Position numbers and translations under genes: made by a program. A stretch of 64,000 bases of DNA from Candidatus Woesearchaeota archaeon (GTDB lineage: Archaea; Nanobdellota; Nanobdellia; Woesearchaeales; UBA583), in contig JAQICV010000092.1 in NCBI GenBank assembly GCA_027858315.1, forward strand, positions 334 to 64,333. Direction: 5' to 3'. Positions 1 through 7,907 of the stretch are shown in pieces (the stretch's first letter is position 1; each line of letters opens with the position of its first letter). Under the pieces are notes generated by a model. It saw only the letters and a list, made by a program, of their open reading frames with translations. It had not been told where the DNA came from and did no database searches.

Positions 1-89
1 GAAACATGATTTTAAGACAATCAAACTTTCTTAACGCTCAAAGGATAACAGTTTTTGAACTCGCCTGCTAATGTAGTTCCTTTGGAATT

Positions 90-114
90 GCGGGTTCAAA
101 TCCCGTCCTCAGCG
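90..114 (+). other. tRNA-derived 3' segment: T-arm plus 3' acceptor strand, with no canonical 5' half in the window
   Basis: GCGGG-TTCAAAT-CCCGT forms a 5-bp T-stem with a canonical T-loop. It is followed by CCTCAGC, G and a T-run. No matching 5' acceptor strand (GCTGAGG) or D-arm lies upstream. It could be a 3' exon or 3' half, or an att remnant. Confidence 0.5.
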
Positions 115-214
115 TTTTCGTTTATTCTAAACTCAAACTTAAGTTCGTGATTTTAACCCTGTGATGTGGTCACTACGCAAAGCTTTGTTCTCACATTTTT
201 TGTAAACAAAAAAC

Positions 215-236
215 TTCAAATCCCATCCTCAGCGTT
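215..236 (+). repeat. Direct repeat of the tRNA 3' end (att-like)
   Basis: TTCAAATCCCaTCCTCAGCGTT here versus TTCAAATCCCgTCCTCAGCGTT at 95-116, 21/22 identical and 120 nt apart. This copy has no 5' T-stem strand, so it is not a functional tRNA. Confidence 0.7.
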
Positions 237-395
237 ATTTTCACATGCAATTGAATTGTGTGATTTAGAATAATTTCTACTTTTGATTTGTTTTTAACCT
301 TTAGAATGTTATTTTATAGTTTAGTGCTGAAACCTTTGGAAAGAGGACTTATAGACTCTGTGGAGTTCGAGTAGAAAAAGTATGGATTAACATAA

Positions 396-1625
396 TTAAC
401 CATTAACAATAGATTCTAATAATTCATAAGTGGATTTTGAAAAGGATTGGACCTCAAAAGATTTTGGAAGAGATAAAATATTTGCACATTTATCTTGCAG
501 ATAATTTTCCATTTTTCTAACTGTGCCTACAAGACCTAAGGTTCCATCTAAAACTAAATCTTTATTCCATCTACCTGGTGTTGCCCACCAGAATTTACAA
601 CTATTTAAGGATTGATCTAATTCATCTCTAACCTCTTGATATATAGGTGTATCTTCCCCAATATTTCTTATAAGTCCAAGTGCATATGACTCTAAATCCC
701 TTTGAAGTTTGTGAACATTATTATCAGGATGTTTCCATAAAGGATAAGGTATTCCTTGGTGAATTTCGTAAGGTTCTGTTGACCATGAACCCTTGTATTT
801 CTCAACATCCAATAAATCTACATTATGAAATTTACTTAAAATGTCTGAGAAGTGAGCAGATTCTAAACCTACATCTTCAATCGTACGTGCGAGATATATC
901 ATCGAATTCTCAGTGTAATTTTGGTGATGACCAATTGTTTCTATGTCAAAACTTAAGCAGGTATAGGCAGATTGATCTCCAAACCGAGATTTCAATTCCT
1001 TATTTAGTTCCAAAATAAAAGCTTCAGTATTAGTATCACCACTATCTGGACGAGTCATTGCAAAATCTGTACTTGGTACTTTAGCACGAAAAAATACAGG
1101 AAGACCATGTATTGAGGCTATATAATTGTGAGGTATAGGTTTATCGTTATGAGCACTAAAGACTGGTGCATCTGTTATAGTCCATTTGTAACCCATCTCT
1201 TTTATTATTTTTGCAAGATCTGAAGAAAAACCCATTTCTGGAGGAAAGAAACCTTTGGGTTGCCAAAGAGAGCCAAAGACTTCCTCATTTCCTTTATGAT
1301 TTAATTCAATTTGTCTTTTTATTTCACTCTCAGGCAAAAGAGGTAAAAATGCATGATATGCAGCACTTCCAGTTAATTCAATTTTTCCTCTTTCGACACC
1401 CCTACCAATATTGTCAATTATGTTTTCTAATTTGTGCTCGATTAATAATTGTGTTAAAGAATAATTCATGTTTAATGAAATTTTTAAGTTTTCATCTGTT
1501 GTAGCAAGCCAATTTGTTAGCCAACTATAACACTCAGTTGTTATTTTTTGAAGAACCTCAGGATATTGCCATGGTGGTTGATACATATGAAGAAGCAATC
1601 CTATTTTTTGTTTAGTTCTTTTCAT
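396..1625 (-). CDS. Glycoside hydrolase family 57 protein (glycogen/starch-acting, branching-enzyme-like motifs)
   Basis: GH57 motifs are present: LHMYQPPWQ (HQP region), ELTGSAAYHAFLPLL, GFFPPEMGFS (nucleophile Glu region) and FDIETIGHH (acid/base Asp region). Confidence 0.8.
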   Translation of the reverse strand: MKRTKQKIGLLLHMYQPPWQYPEVLQKITTECYSWLTNWLATTDENLKISLNMNYSLTQLLIEHKLENIIDNIGRGVERGKIELTGSAAYHAFLPLLPESEIKRQIELNHKGNEEVFGSLWQPKGFFPPEMGFSSDLAKIIKEMGYKWTITDAPVFSAHNDKPIPHNYIASIHGLPVFFRAKVPSTDFAMTRPDSGDTNTEAFILELNKELKSRFGDQSAYTCLSFDIETIGHHQNYTENSMIYLARTIEDVGLESAHFSDILSKFHNVDLLDVEKYKGSWSTEPYEIHQGIPYPLWKHPDNNVHKLQRDLESYALGLIRNIGEDTPIYQEVRDELDQSLNSCKFWWATPGRWNKDLVLDGTLGLVGTVRKMENYLQDKCANILSLPKSFEVQSFSKSTYELLESIVNG

Positions 1626-1833
1626 CTTATCTGAATTAACAAAAATGAGCTATATAAATGTTTTTAATGTGTGATAAATAATAAATCATAGTTGAAAATA
1701 TTTTGAGGTAATTATTAATGAAGAAAAAAGAAGAATATTGTGATTTGAAACTTTATTGGACAAAGAGATTAGAAGATAGGGATTATTGATTTCCCACGAT
1801 ATATTTATAAATCCTTGTGCATATATATGCATT

Positions 1834-2130
1834 ATGGCGAGAGCTAAAAAATGTAAGATAGTTTTAGAAAATCCTAACTTTACTTACTTTAAACCTGTAG
1901 GAGTCCCAATGAAGGATTTAAATGAGATGATCTTAAATATAGAAGAGTTTGAGGCTTTAAGGTTAAAAGATTTAGAAAAGAAGGGTCAAATTGATTGTGC
2001 TAAGATAATGGGAGTTCATCAGAGTACTTTTCAAAGATTATTAATTAAGGCAAGAGAAAAAGTAACTTTTGCGTTAGTGAATGGTTCTGCCATAAGAATT
2101 GAGGGAGGAAATTATATTAAAGATGAATAA
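1834..2130 (+). CDS. DUF134 (UPF0251) family predicted DNA-binding protein
   Basis: FKPVGVP...EEFEALRLKDLEKKGQIDCAKIMGVHQSTFQRLLIKAREKV...GSAIRIEGG is the typical DUF134 HTH signature. Start placed at the internal ATG (MARAKK) rather than the ORF-track start at 1786. Confidence 0.8.
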   Translation: MARAKKCKIVLENPNFTYFKPVGVPMKDLNEMILNIEEFEALRLKDLEKKGQIDCAKIMGVHQSTFQRLLIKAREKVTFALVNGSAIRIEGGNYIKDE

Positions 2131-2563
2131 TAATACAGTAAAGAAGATTAAGAAAGTTTCAATTAAGAATTTTAAAGGTATTGTAAATTTATTACCTATT
2201 CTTTTAGGAGTTATTTTATTGATTAGTATAGTTAATTCATTAGTTCCTCAAGACTTTTATTCAAAGATTTTGACAGGAAATAGTTTTTATGATGTTTTGA
2301 TGCTTGATTTTTTTGGTTCAGTTCTTGCTGGAAATCCTATTACAGCTTATATGATTAGTGAGGAATTGATGAATAATTCAGTTTCTTTGTTTTTAATTAC
2401 AGCCTTTATTCTAGCATGGACAACTGTTGGAGTAGTTCAGTTTCCTGCAGAGAGTGTTTTAATGGGTAAAAAATTTGCTGTGACTAGAAATATTGTTGCA
2501 TTTGTTTTTGCAATTATAGTTTCATACCTTACTTTTTTAATTTATGAGGTGATTTTCTTATGA
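2123..2563 (+). CDS. Integral membrane protein, probable permease half
   Basis: Multi-TM hydrophobic profile. Its ATG overlaps the DUF134 gene end (8-nt overlap). It precedes a second similar membrane ORF. The function is inferred from context only. Confidence 0.55.
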   Translation: MNNNTVKKIKKVSIKNFKGIVNLLPILLGVILLISIVNSLVPQDFYSKILTGNSFYDVLMLDFFGSVLAGNPITAYMISEELMNNSVSLFLITAFILAWTTVGVVQFPAESVLMGKKFAVTRNIVAFVFAIIVSYLTFLIYEVIFL

Positions 2564-3060
2564 AACCAACAGAAAAATCCATGTTTGGATATTATTTTTT
2601 AGGATTTGTTTTGATTTTATATTTATTTTTTAGTATTTATAATTTTGAAATAATAGTTGTTTCTTTGAATTATTTCTTTAGTTTAATGAAAAATGTTTTA
2701 CCATTACTTTTATTTATCTATATTTTGATGGTTATTAGTGATTTTTATTTGACTGAAGAAAAAATAAAGAAACTTAGTAGTAAATTTAATGGTTTTAGAG
2801 GATGGATTTTAGCAATTATTAGTGGAATTATTTCATCTGGACCAATTTATATGTGGTATCCTTTTTTATCAAATTTAAAAAATAAAGGAGTAAGGACGGG
2901 ATTTTTAGTAGCTTTTTTATATAATAGAGCAATTAAAATTCCTTTGATTCCTGTTATGCTTATAGTATTTAATGTAAATTATATTCTTGTTTTATTTGTT
3001 GTTATGGTTTTAGCTTCAATAGTTCAAGGAAAAATTGTCGAGGTAATTTTAGAAAAATGA
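2560..3060 (+). CDS. Integral membrane protein, probable permease half
   Basis: Multi-TM protein. ATGA start/stop overlaps at both ends (2560-2563 and 3057-3060) indicate translational coupling. Confidence 0.55.
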   Translation: MKPTEKSMFGYYFLGFVLILYLFFSIYNFEIIVVSLNYFFSLMKNVLPLLLFIYILMVISDFYLTEEKIKKLSSKFNGFRGWILAIISGIISSGPIYMWYPFLSNLKNKGVRTGFLVAFLYNRAIKIPLIPVMLIVFNVNYILVLFVVMVLASIVQGKIVEVILEK

Positions 3061-3362
3061 AAATAGCAGTCGCGAGTGAATCAAAAGATGAAAATCTTGC
3101 AAAAGTTAGTCCTATTTCAGGAAGAGCATCATATTATTTAATTTATGATGATAAAGAGTTTGTTAAAGCAATTAAGAATCCATTTAAGATAGGTGGAGGA
3201 GGTGCTGGGCCAGCTGTTGCTCAAATGCTTACTAACGAAGGAGTTGAATTAATTATTTCTGGAAAATTGGGAGAGAAGATGATAGGGGTTCTTAATAGTA
3301 ATGGAATTAAATATCAAGTTTCAGAAGAAGTTTTGATTAAAGATTTAATTAGAGATTTATAA
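3057..3362 (+). CDS. NifB/NifX-like dinitrogenase FeMo-cofactor-binding domain protein
   Basis: MKIAVAS...GRASYYLIYDD...GGGGAGPAVAQMLTNEGVELIISGKLGEKM matches the small NifX/NifB-C-terminal family that commonly sits next to DUF134 genes. Confidence 0.75.
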   Translation: MKIAVASESKDENLAKVSPISGRASYYLIYDDKEFVKAIKNPFKIGGGGAGPAVAQMLTNEGVELIISGKLGEKMIGVLNSNGIKYQVSEEVLIKDLIRDL

Positions 3363-3412
3363 TTTTAATTTTAATTTTATTTTATTTTACTACTATTTTT
3401 TATTCTAAAATA

Positions 3413-3423
3413 TTATAAATATT
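3413..3423 (+). promoter_or_regulatory. TATA box (TTATAAATATT) of the DUF2341 gene
   Basis: A/T-rich TATA-like element 39 nt upstream of the ATG. Homologous to TTTTAAATATT at 34698-34708. Confidence 0.5.
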
Positions 3424-3430
3424 AATCACT

Positions 3431-3451
3431 AAATCGTACTTAGTACGATTT
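3431..3451. promoter_or_regulatory. Perfect palindrome AAATCGTAC-TTA-GTACGATTT abutting the ATG (candidate operator)
   Basis: 9-bp arms and a 3-nt spacer, ending 1 nt before the start codon at 3452. The same core recurs at 34717-34739. Confidence 0.7.
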
Positions 3452-6400
3452 ATGGTAAAAGAAAATAGTGCTCGGAAATTGAATTCAAAAACGAAGTTTT
3501 TGATTGGGTTGTTCTTAGTTTTTACTATTTTGTTTTTACCTTCTGTTTATAGTGCGGGAGAGCCTTGGTGGAATACTTCATTTGAATTTAGACAAGAGAT
3601 TAATATTTCTACATCTGCTGGTGCAACTCCTGCAAATTATCAGATAGAGTTAGATCTTGATAATACAAATGTTGGTGCTAATTTTAATTGGTCAAGGAGT
3701 TGTGAAGATTTAAGAGTTCTTGATAATCAAACTAAATTAGATTACTGGATTCAAAGTTGTAATTCGGTTAGTGAGCAGGCAACTATTTGGGTTAAGATGC
3801 CTTTGAGTTTTACAACTGCTCCAAAGACTCTTCATATTTATTATGGAAATTTGAATGTTAATAATGAGAGTAGTGGAGATGCTGTATTTGATTTCTTTGA
3901 TGATTTTAGTGGAGATTTGAGTAAATGGACTGAACATAAAAATCCAGATAAAATTTTTATTGTTGACAATTATTTACAAATTAGTGGAGCAACAACTTCT
4001 GCTCCTTATGGACACTCAGTAATTGGTTCTGATGCTACTTATTCTGGTTTCTTGAATGGAATTATTGATGGTGAACTATATCTTGATACTAATGCAATTG
4101 CGGAGATGGGTTTTAGAGGTAATTATGCTTCTAATACTGGATATAAATCAAGAGCTGATGCTAGACCTTCTGAGGGTGTTTCTCATTTAAAGCCTCCTTA
4201 TAACGGTTGGGGGTTTTTAGCAGGATGTTCTGCAACAGGTGGAGGTATTACCACTCATACTTGGCTTCCTTTTAGTATTACTGTTAATTCAAATACATTT
4301 AATATTGTAACTCAAGGTAAGTCTGTAACTTGTACAGATAATTCTTACAATACTGCAGGAGAAATTTCATTTCATAATCATTATGGTTTATATTCAAGAT
4401 TTGATAATATTAGAGTTAGAAAATATTTTGCATCAAATGTGAATATAGTTTATGGTGTTGAAGAATCTTTAGGTTTGTTAGATTTTAGTTTTTTAACACC
4501 ATCTTCTGTAGGTATTGGTTATATATTTAAAGATGATGTTTTTAATATTAGTATTGCTGTAAGTTGTAGGAAGAAAGCGTCCCCTTTTAATTGTGGAGAT
4601 ATAAATTTTAGTTTAAGATACAATGATACTTCTACAACATTTGAGAATATTTCTTTAAGTTCAACTACTCCTTTATGGATAACAAGTCCTGCTCAAAGTT
4701 ATTCTTTAGTTGATGATGAGACTCATATTATTTCATGGCTTCTAAATGGAAGTGGTAATGCTGGAGATTCATTTTTACTTGATGTGTTTGCTGTAAGTTC
4801 TGATGCTTTTACCTTTAATCAGAAATCTGCAGAAAATGGGCATGTGATAATTACAAATCAACCAATTGTTGCATTTAATCAGAGTATTTATGATTTTGGA
4901 AGTTTTTTTAAAAATTCTGGAAATAAATTGAAGACTTTGAGTATTTTGGCGGATTTAGGAATTAGCACAAATGTAACTGTTACGTGTGAGAGTGGAGACT
5001 GCTCAATGTTTAGTGATGATTGGGTTGATGGAACTGATATGAATGATGGTGATTCCTCTTTAATTGATTTTACTTGCTTTGAAAGTATTTCTGGAGATTT
5101 TAATGCAATATTTAGTGTGAGTTCTAATGAAAATCCTATGAAATCATTTGTAGATTTAAGTTGTAGTGTTGATAAAATTTATGGTCCTATTATGCCTCAT
5201 CTAATTATTCCTGTTGAGAATACTAGTATTAATGTTATGCAAAATGAAACTTTTAAAATAAATGCATCTGTTGATTGTGTTGGTAATTGTGGAGAAATTA
5301 CTGCTTTTGCTTTATATGATAGTTATGTTAATACTTGGAAAAATGTTCTATATCCATTTAAACAAAATATTACTTTGACTTCAGCAACTAGTATTAATTC
5401 GGGTTATCAAACTTTGTTAAGTTTTGATTCTTCAAATATTGGAATTAATTTTGATTGGTCAAATAATTGCGAAGATATTGCTTTTTATACAAATTATGAT
5501 GAACTCTCATTTTGGGTTGAATCTTGTAATGTTGTTGGAGAGGAAATGAAAGTATGGATTAAGACTAATAATCAAATTAATGTTTCAGGATATGATTTTA
5601 GAATGTATTATGGATATATTAATACTAGTAAAAGTAATGGTGAGAGTGTATTTAATTTCTTTGATGATTTTTTAGGTTCTAGCCTTAATCTAAGTAAATG
5701 GAATTTATTATATGACCAAGGATGGTCAGTTTCAGGTGGTGAACTTATTGGAACTAATACTAATGGAATTTTGCATTCTGTAAATTCTTTTTCAAATCCT
5801 GTAATTTTGGAAACTAAAACTAAAATGGTTACTAGAGCTGCAAATGGAATGATGAGTTTAGGTTTTTATTCTAGTGCAGGAGATGGAGTAGGTATTCAAG
5901 AGATAAATGTTGCTCCAGGTCAGTATTATTATAGAAATAATGGAGCTTGGAGCTCAGCTACTGCATTTGATAGTTTATATAATTATCACTATAATAAATT
6001 TTCAATAGATTCATCTAATAATGTTGTATTAACAATTGTGGATTTAATTGATGGAACTACAAGTACAAAGTCTTTTTCAAATACAGTGAATTTAGAAAAA
6101 ATAGCACTTGGTAGAAAATATGATAATGCTAATTTAAATCAAGCATATAATCAAAGATGGGATTGGATTAGAACTAGAATGTATAGTGCAATTGAACCTA
6201 CAATTTTAATTTCAAATGAAGATAAACTCAATATTATTTCAACCAATGTTTTAGATATACCTTTTTATACTTTTAATCTGCAGCCTCAAAGTTGTAATCC
6301 TATTGAGGATGGATCATGTTCTTTTGAATGGCTTGTTAATGTAACAGGATTAATCAATTCAAGTTATAATGTAAGTGTATTATTTTTGTCAAATTATTCT

Positions 6401-7045
6401 AATATATTAAGTGCAACATCAGGTTTTGCTCAAGTGAATATTGTAAATAATTTACCGCCTTTAGTTAATTTAATATCTCCGAATAATAATTCTAAAATTT
6501 TGATAAGTAATGATTTTATAGAACTTAAATATAATGTATCTTCTATTGATACAAATGTTTCTTGCGCTTTATTTGTTAATGGTATTTTTAATACAACTCA
6601 TAGTTGTAATGTGGGTGAGAATAATTTTAATTTATCTGTTAATAGAGGGGCTTATAATTGGTATATACAATCAAATAATTCTTTAGCAAGTACTGATTCT
6701 CAAGTTTTCAATTTTAATATAATAGAAGATTATGATTCAAGGATATCTAAAAAAATTTCAAATATTAATCTTGATTTGTATAAGTTAGAATTAAATATAG
6801 AAAATAGAATTAATAGTACAAATAATATTATTCCAATAGATTTTGTTGATAATAGGTTTAATTATGGTTCTTTTAGCACAACTTATGATTGGTTGAATTT
6901 AACAAATGGTTTATTGTATAATGGTTCAATATTGGGATGGGATTTGAATTTGATTCCTTTAGCTAATTTTAATATAAATTATTCTGTTACAAAAAATGTT
7001 GATGATTACTATTTACTTGATGAATTTATTATTGGATTAGAATAA
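3452..7045 (+). CDS. Giant secreted surface protein with two DUF2341 + concanavalin-A-like (LamG) modules
   Basis: Signal peptide LFLPSVYSAGEPWW. The DUF2341-like pattern (W..SF.FRQEI...NYQ..L.L...NV...F.W....C.DLR.......L.YWI..CN.....IWVK......YYG) occurs twice, each time followed by VF.FFDDF...L.KW (LamG-like). Many N-x-S/T sequons. Paralogue of 34740-38444. Confidence 0.8.
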   Translation: MVKENSARKLNSKTKFLIGLFLVFTILFLPSVYSAGEPWWNTSFEFRQEINISTSAGATPANYQIELDLDNTNVGANFNWSRSCEDLRVLDNQTKLDYWIQSCNSVSEQATIWVKMPLSFTTAPKTLHIYYGNLNVNNESSGDAVFDFFDDFSGDLSKWTEHKNPDKIFIVDNYLQISGATTSAPYGHSVIGSDATYSGFLNGIIDGELYLDTNAIAEMGFRGNYASNTGYKSRADARPSEGVSHLKPPYNGWGFLAGCSATGGGITTHTWLPFSITVNSNTFNIVTQGKSVTCTDNSYNTAGEISFHNHYGLYSRFDNIRVRKYFASNVNIVYGVEESLGLLDFSFLTPSSVGIGYIFKDDVFNISIAVSCRKKASPFNCGDINFSLRYNDTSTTFENISLSSTTPLWITSPAQSYSLVDDETHIISWLLNGSGNAGDSFLLDVFAVSSDAFTFNQKSAENGHVIITNQPIVAFNQSIYDFGSFFKNSGNKLKTLSILADLGISTNVTVTCESGDCSMFSDDWVDGTDMNDGDSSLIDFTCFESISGDFNAIFSVSSNENPMKSFVDLSCSVDKIYGPIMPHLIIPVENTSINVMQNETFKINASVDCVGNCGEITAFALYDSYVNTWKNVLYPFKQNITLTSATSINSGYQTLLSFDSSNIGINFDWSNNCEDIAFYTNYDELSFWVESCNVVGEEMKVWIKTNNQINVSGYDFRMYYGYINTSKSNGESVFNFFDDFLGSSLNLSKWNLLYDQGWSVSGGELIGTNTNGILHSVNSFSNPVILETKTKMVTRAANGMMSLGFYSSAGDGVGIQEINVAPGQYYYRNNGAWSSATAFDSLYNYHYNKFSIDSSNNVVLTIVDLIDGTTSTKSFSNTVNLEKIALGRKYDNANLNQAYNQRWDWIRTRMYSAIEPTILISNEDKLNIISTNVLDIPFYTFNLQPQSCNPIEDGSCSFEWLVNVTGLINSSYNVSVLFLSNYSNILSATSGFAQVNIVNNLPPLVNLISPNNNSKILISNDFIELKYNVSSIDTNVSCALFVNGIFNTTHSCNVGENNFNLSVNRGAYNWYIQSNNSLASTDSQVFNFNIIEDYDSRISKKISNINLDLYKLELNIENRINSTNNIIPIDFVDNRFNYGSFSTTYDWLNLTNGLLYNGSILGWDLNLIPLANFNINYSVTKNVDDYYLLDEFIIGLE

Positions 7046-7062
7046 AAATGTTTTATTTAATA

Positions 7063-7878
7063 TTATAAATCATCTAATTTTACTATTTGAGAGGCTGAAT
7101 AATTTTTATGATAAATTTTATTTTTTGTATGTTCAAATAAACTTTCTCCAATTACTGCAGAATTTATTGAAAAGTCTTCAATTATATGTATTCTTGGTTT
7201 CTCATTTTGCTTATAATAAGATTTATTAGTCTCATCTATTCCTTCATCTAAACATTGAATTCTTATATCTTTAGATAGGTCATAAGATGCAGCATAACCT
7301 CCTCCAAAGAAAAGATTTTTACATTTAAAGTTATTTAATTTATTCTCTTTTCCTCTGATTAATCTTCCACTATAATTTCGAGTTAGTTTTATATCATCAA
7401 TAATTTTTCTTTCTAAGAATGAACTACTAAATTGGTAATAAGTATCTGTTTCTTCAAAGAATACAATACTATAGTCTAGATATTTATCTCCAGATAGTAC
7501 TCTTTGAAGGTTTTCAATGTATTCAAGAGAATCTTCAACATGTCTATTTGTTAATAAATTGTTTATTATTGGAATTTTAGGATTGTGATGTAAGTATAGA
7601 AAAAATGGATGAACTAGTACTATTAAATTATCTTTTAGTTTAAGATTTGAGTGTTTTTGTATGTGTTCTATAGATGTATCGATTAGAGATTTTGGTTCAG
7701 GTTCTTGTCCATCATAAGTTTGTATTAATTGTTTGAATAATTCTGATTTTTGAAATGGATATAGACCTTCCTCTCTTAATTTTGAAATATGTTCTCTTTT
7801 TTCATTGAATTTTACATAATCTAGAATTTGATTTTCATCTGAAGTTAGAAATCCATTTAAATTTTTTAGAGAAGGCAT
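7063..7878 (-). CDS. Hypothetical protein
   Basis: Long uninterrupted ORF of 271 aa with no motif I can assign. Confidence 0.55.
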   Translation of the reverse strand: MPSLKNLNGFLTSDENQILDYVKFNEKREHISKLREEGLYPFQKSELFKQLIQTYDGQEPEPKSLIDTSIEHIQKHSNLKLKDNLIVLVHPFFLYLHHNPKIPIINNLLTNRHVEDSLEYIENLQRVLSGDKYLDYSIVFFEETDTYYQFSSSFLERKIIDDIKLTRNYSGRLIRGKENKLNNFKCKNLFFGGGYAASYDLSKDIRIQCLDEGIDETNKSYYKQNEKPRIHIIEDFSINSAVIGESLFEHTKNKIYHKNYSASQIVKLDDL

Positions 7879-7907
7879 TCTATTATTTTAAAATTAAAAT
7901 TATAAGT

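Noticed and set aside
33-116. Attempt to fold 33-116 as a complete, intron-containing tRNA
   Set aside because: There is no D-arm. The acceptor pairing would need a 4-nt bulge. Candidate anticodon loops either lack U33 or give A34 (AAC), which is atypical for archaea. It is reported only as a tRNA-like fragment.
680-1504. ORF-track ORFs 680-1018 and 1211-1504 on the plus strand
   Set aside because: They lie entirely antisense to the well-supported GH57 gene and have low-complexity, stop-poor AT-rich translations with no motifs.
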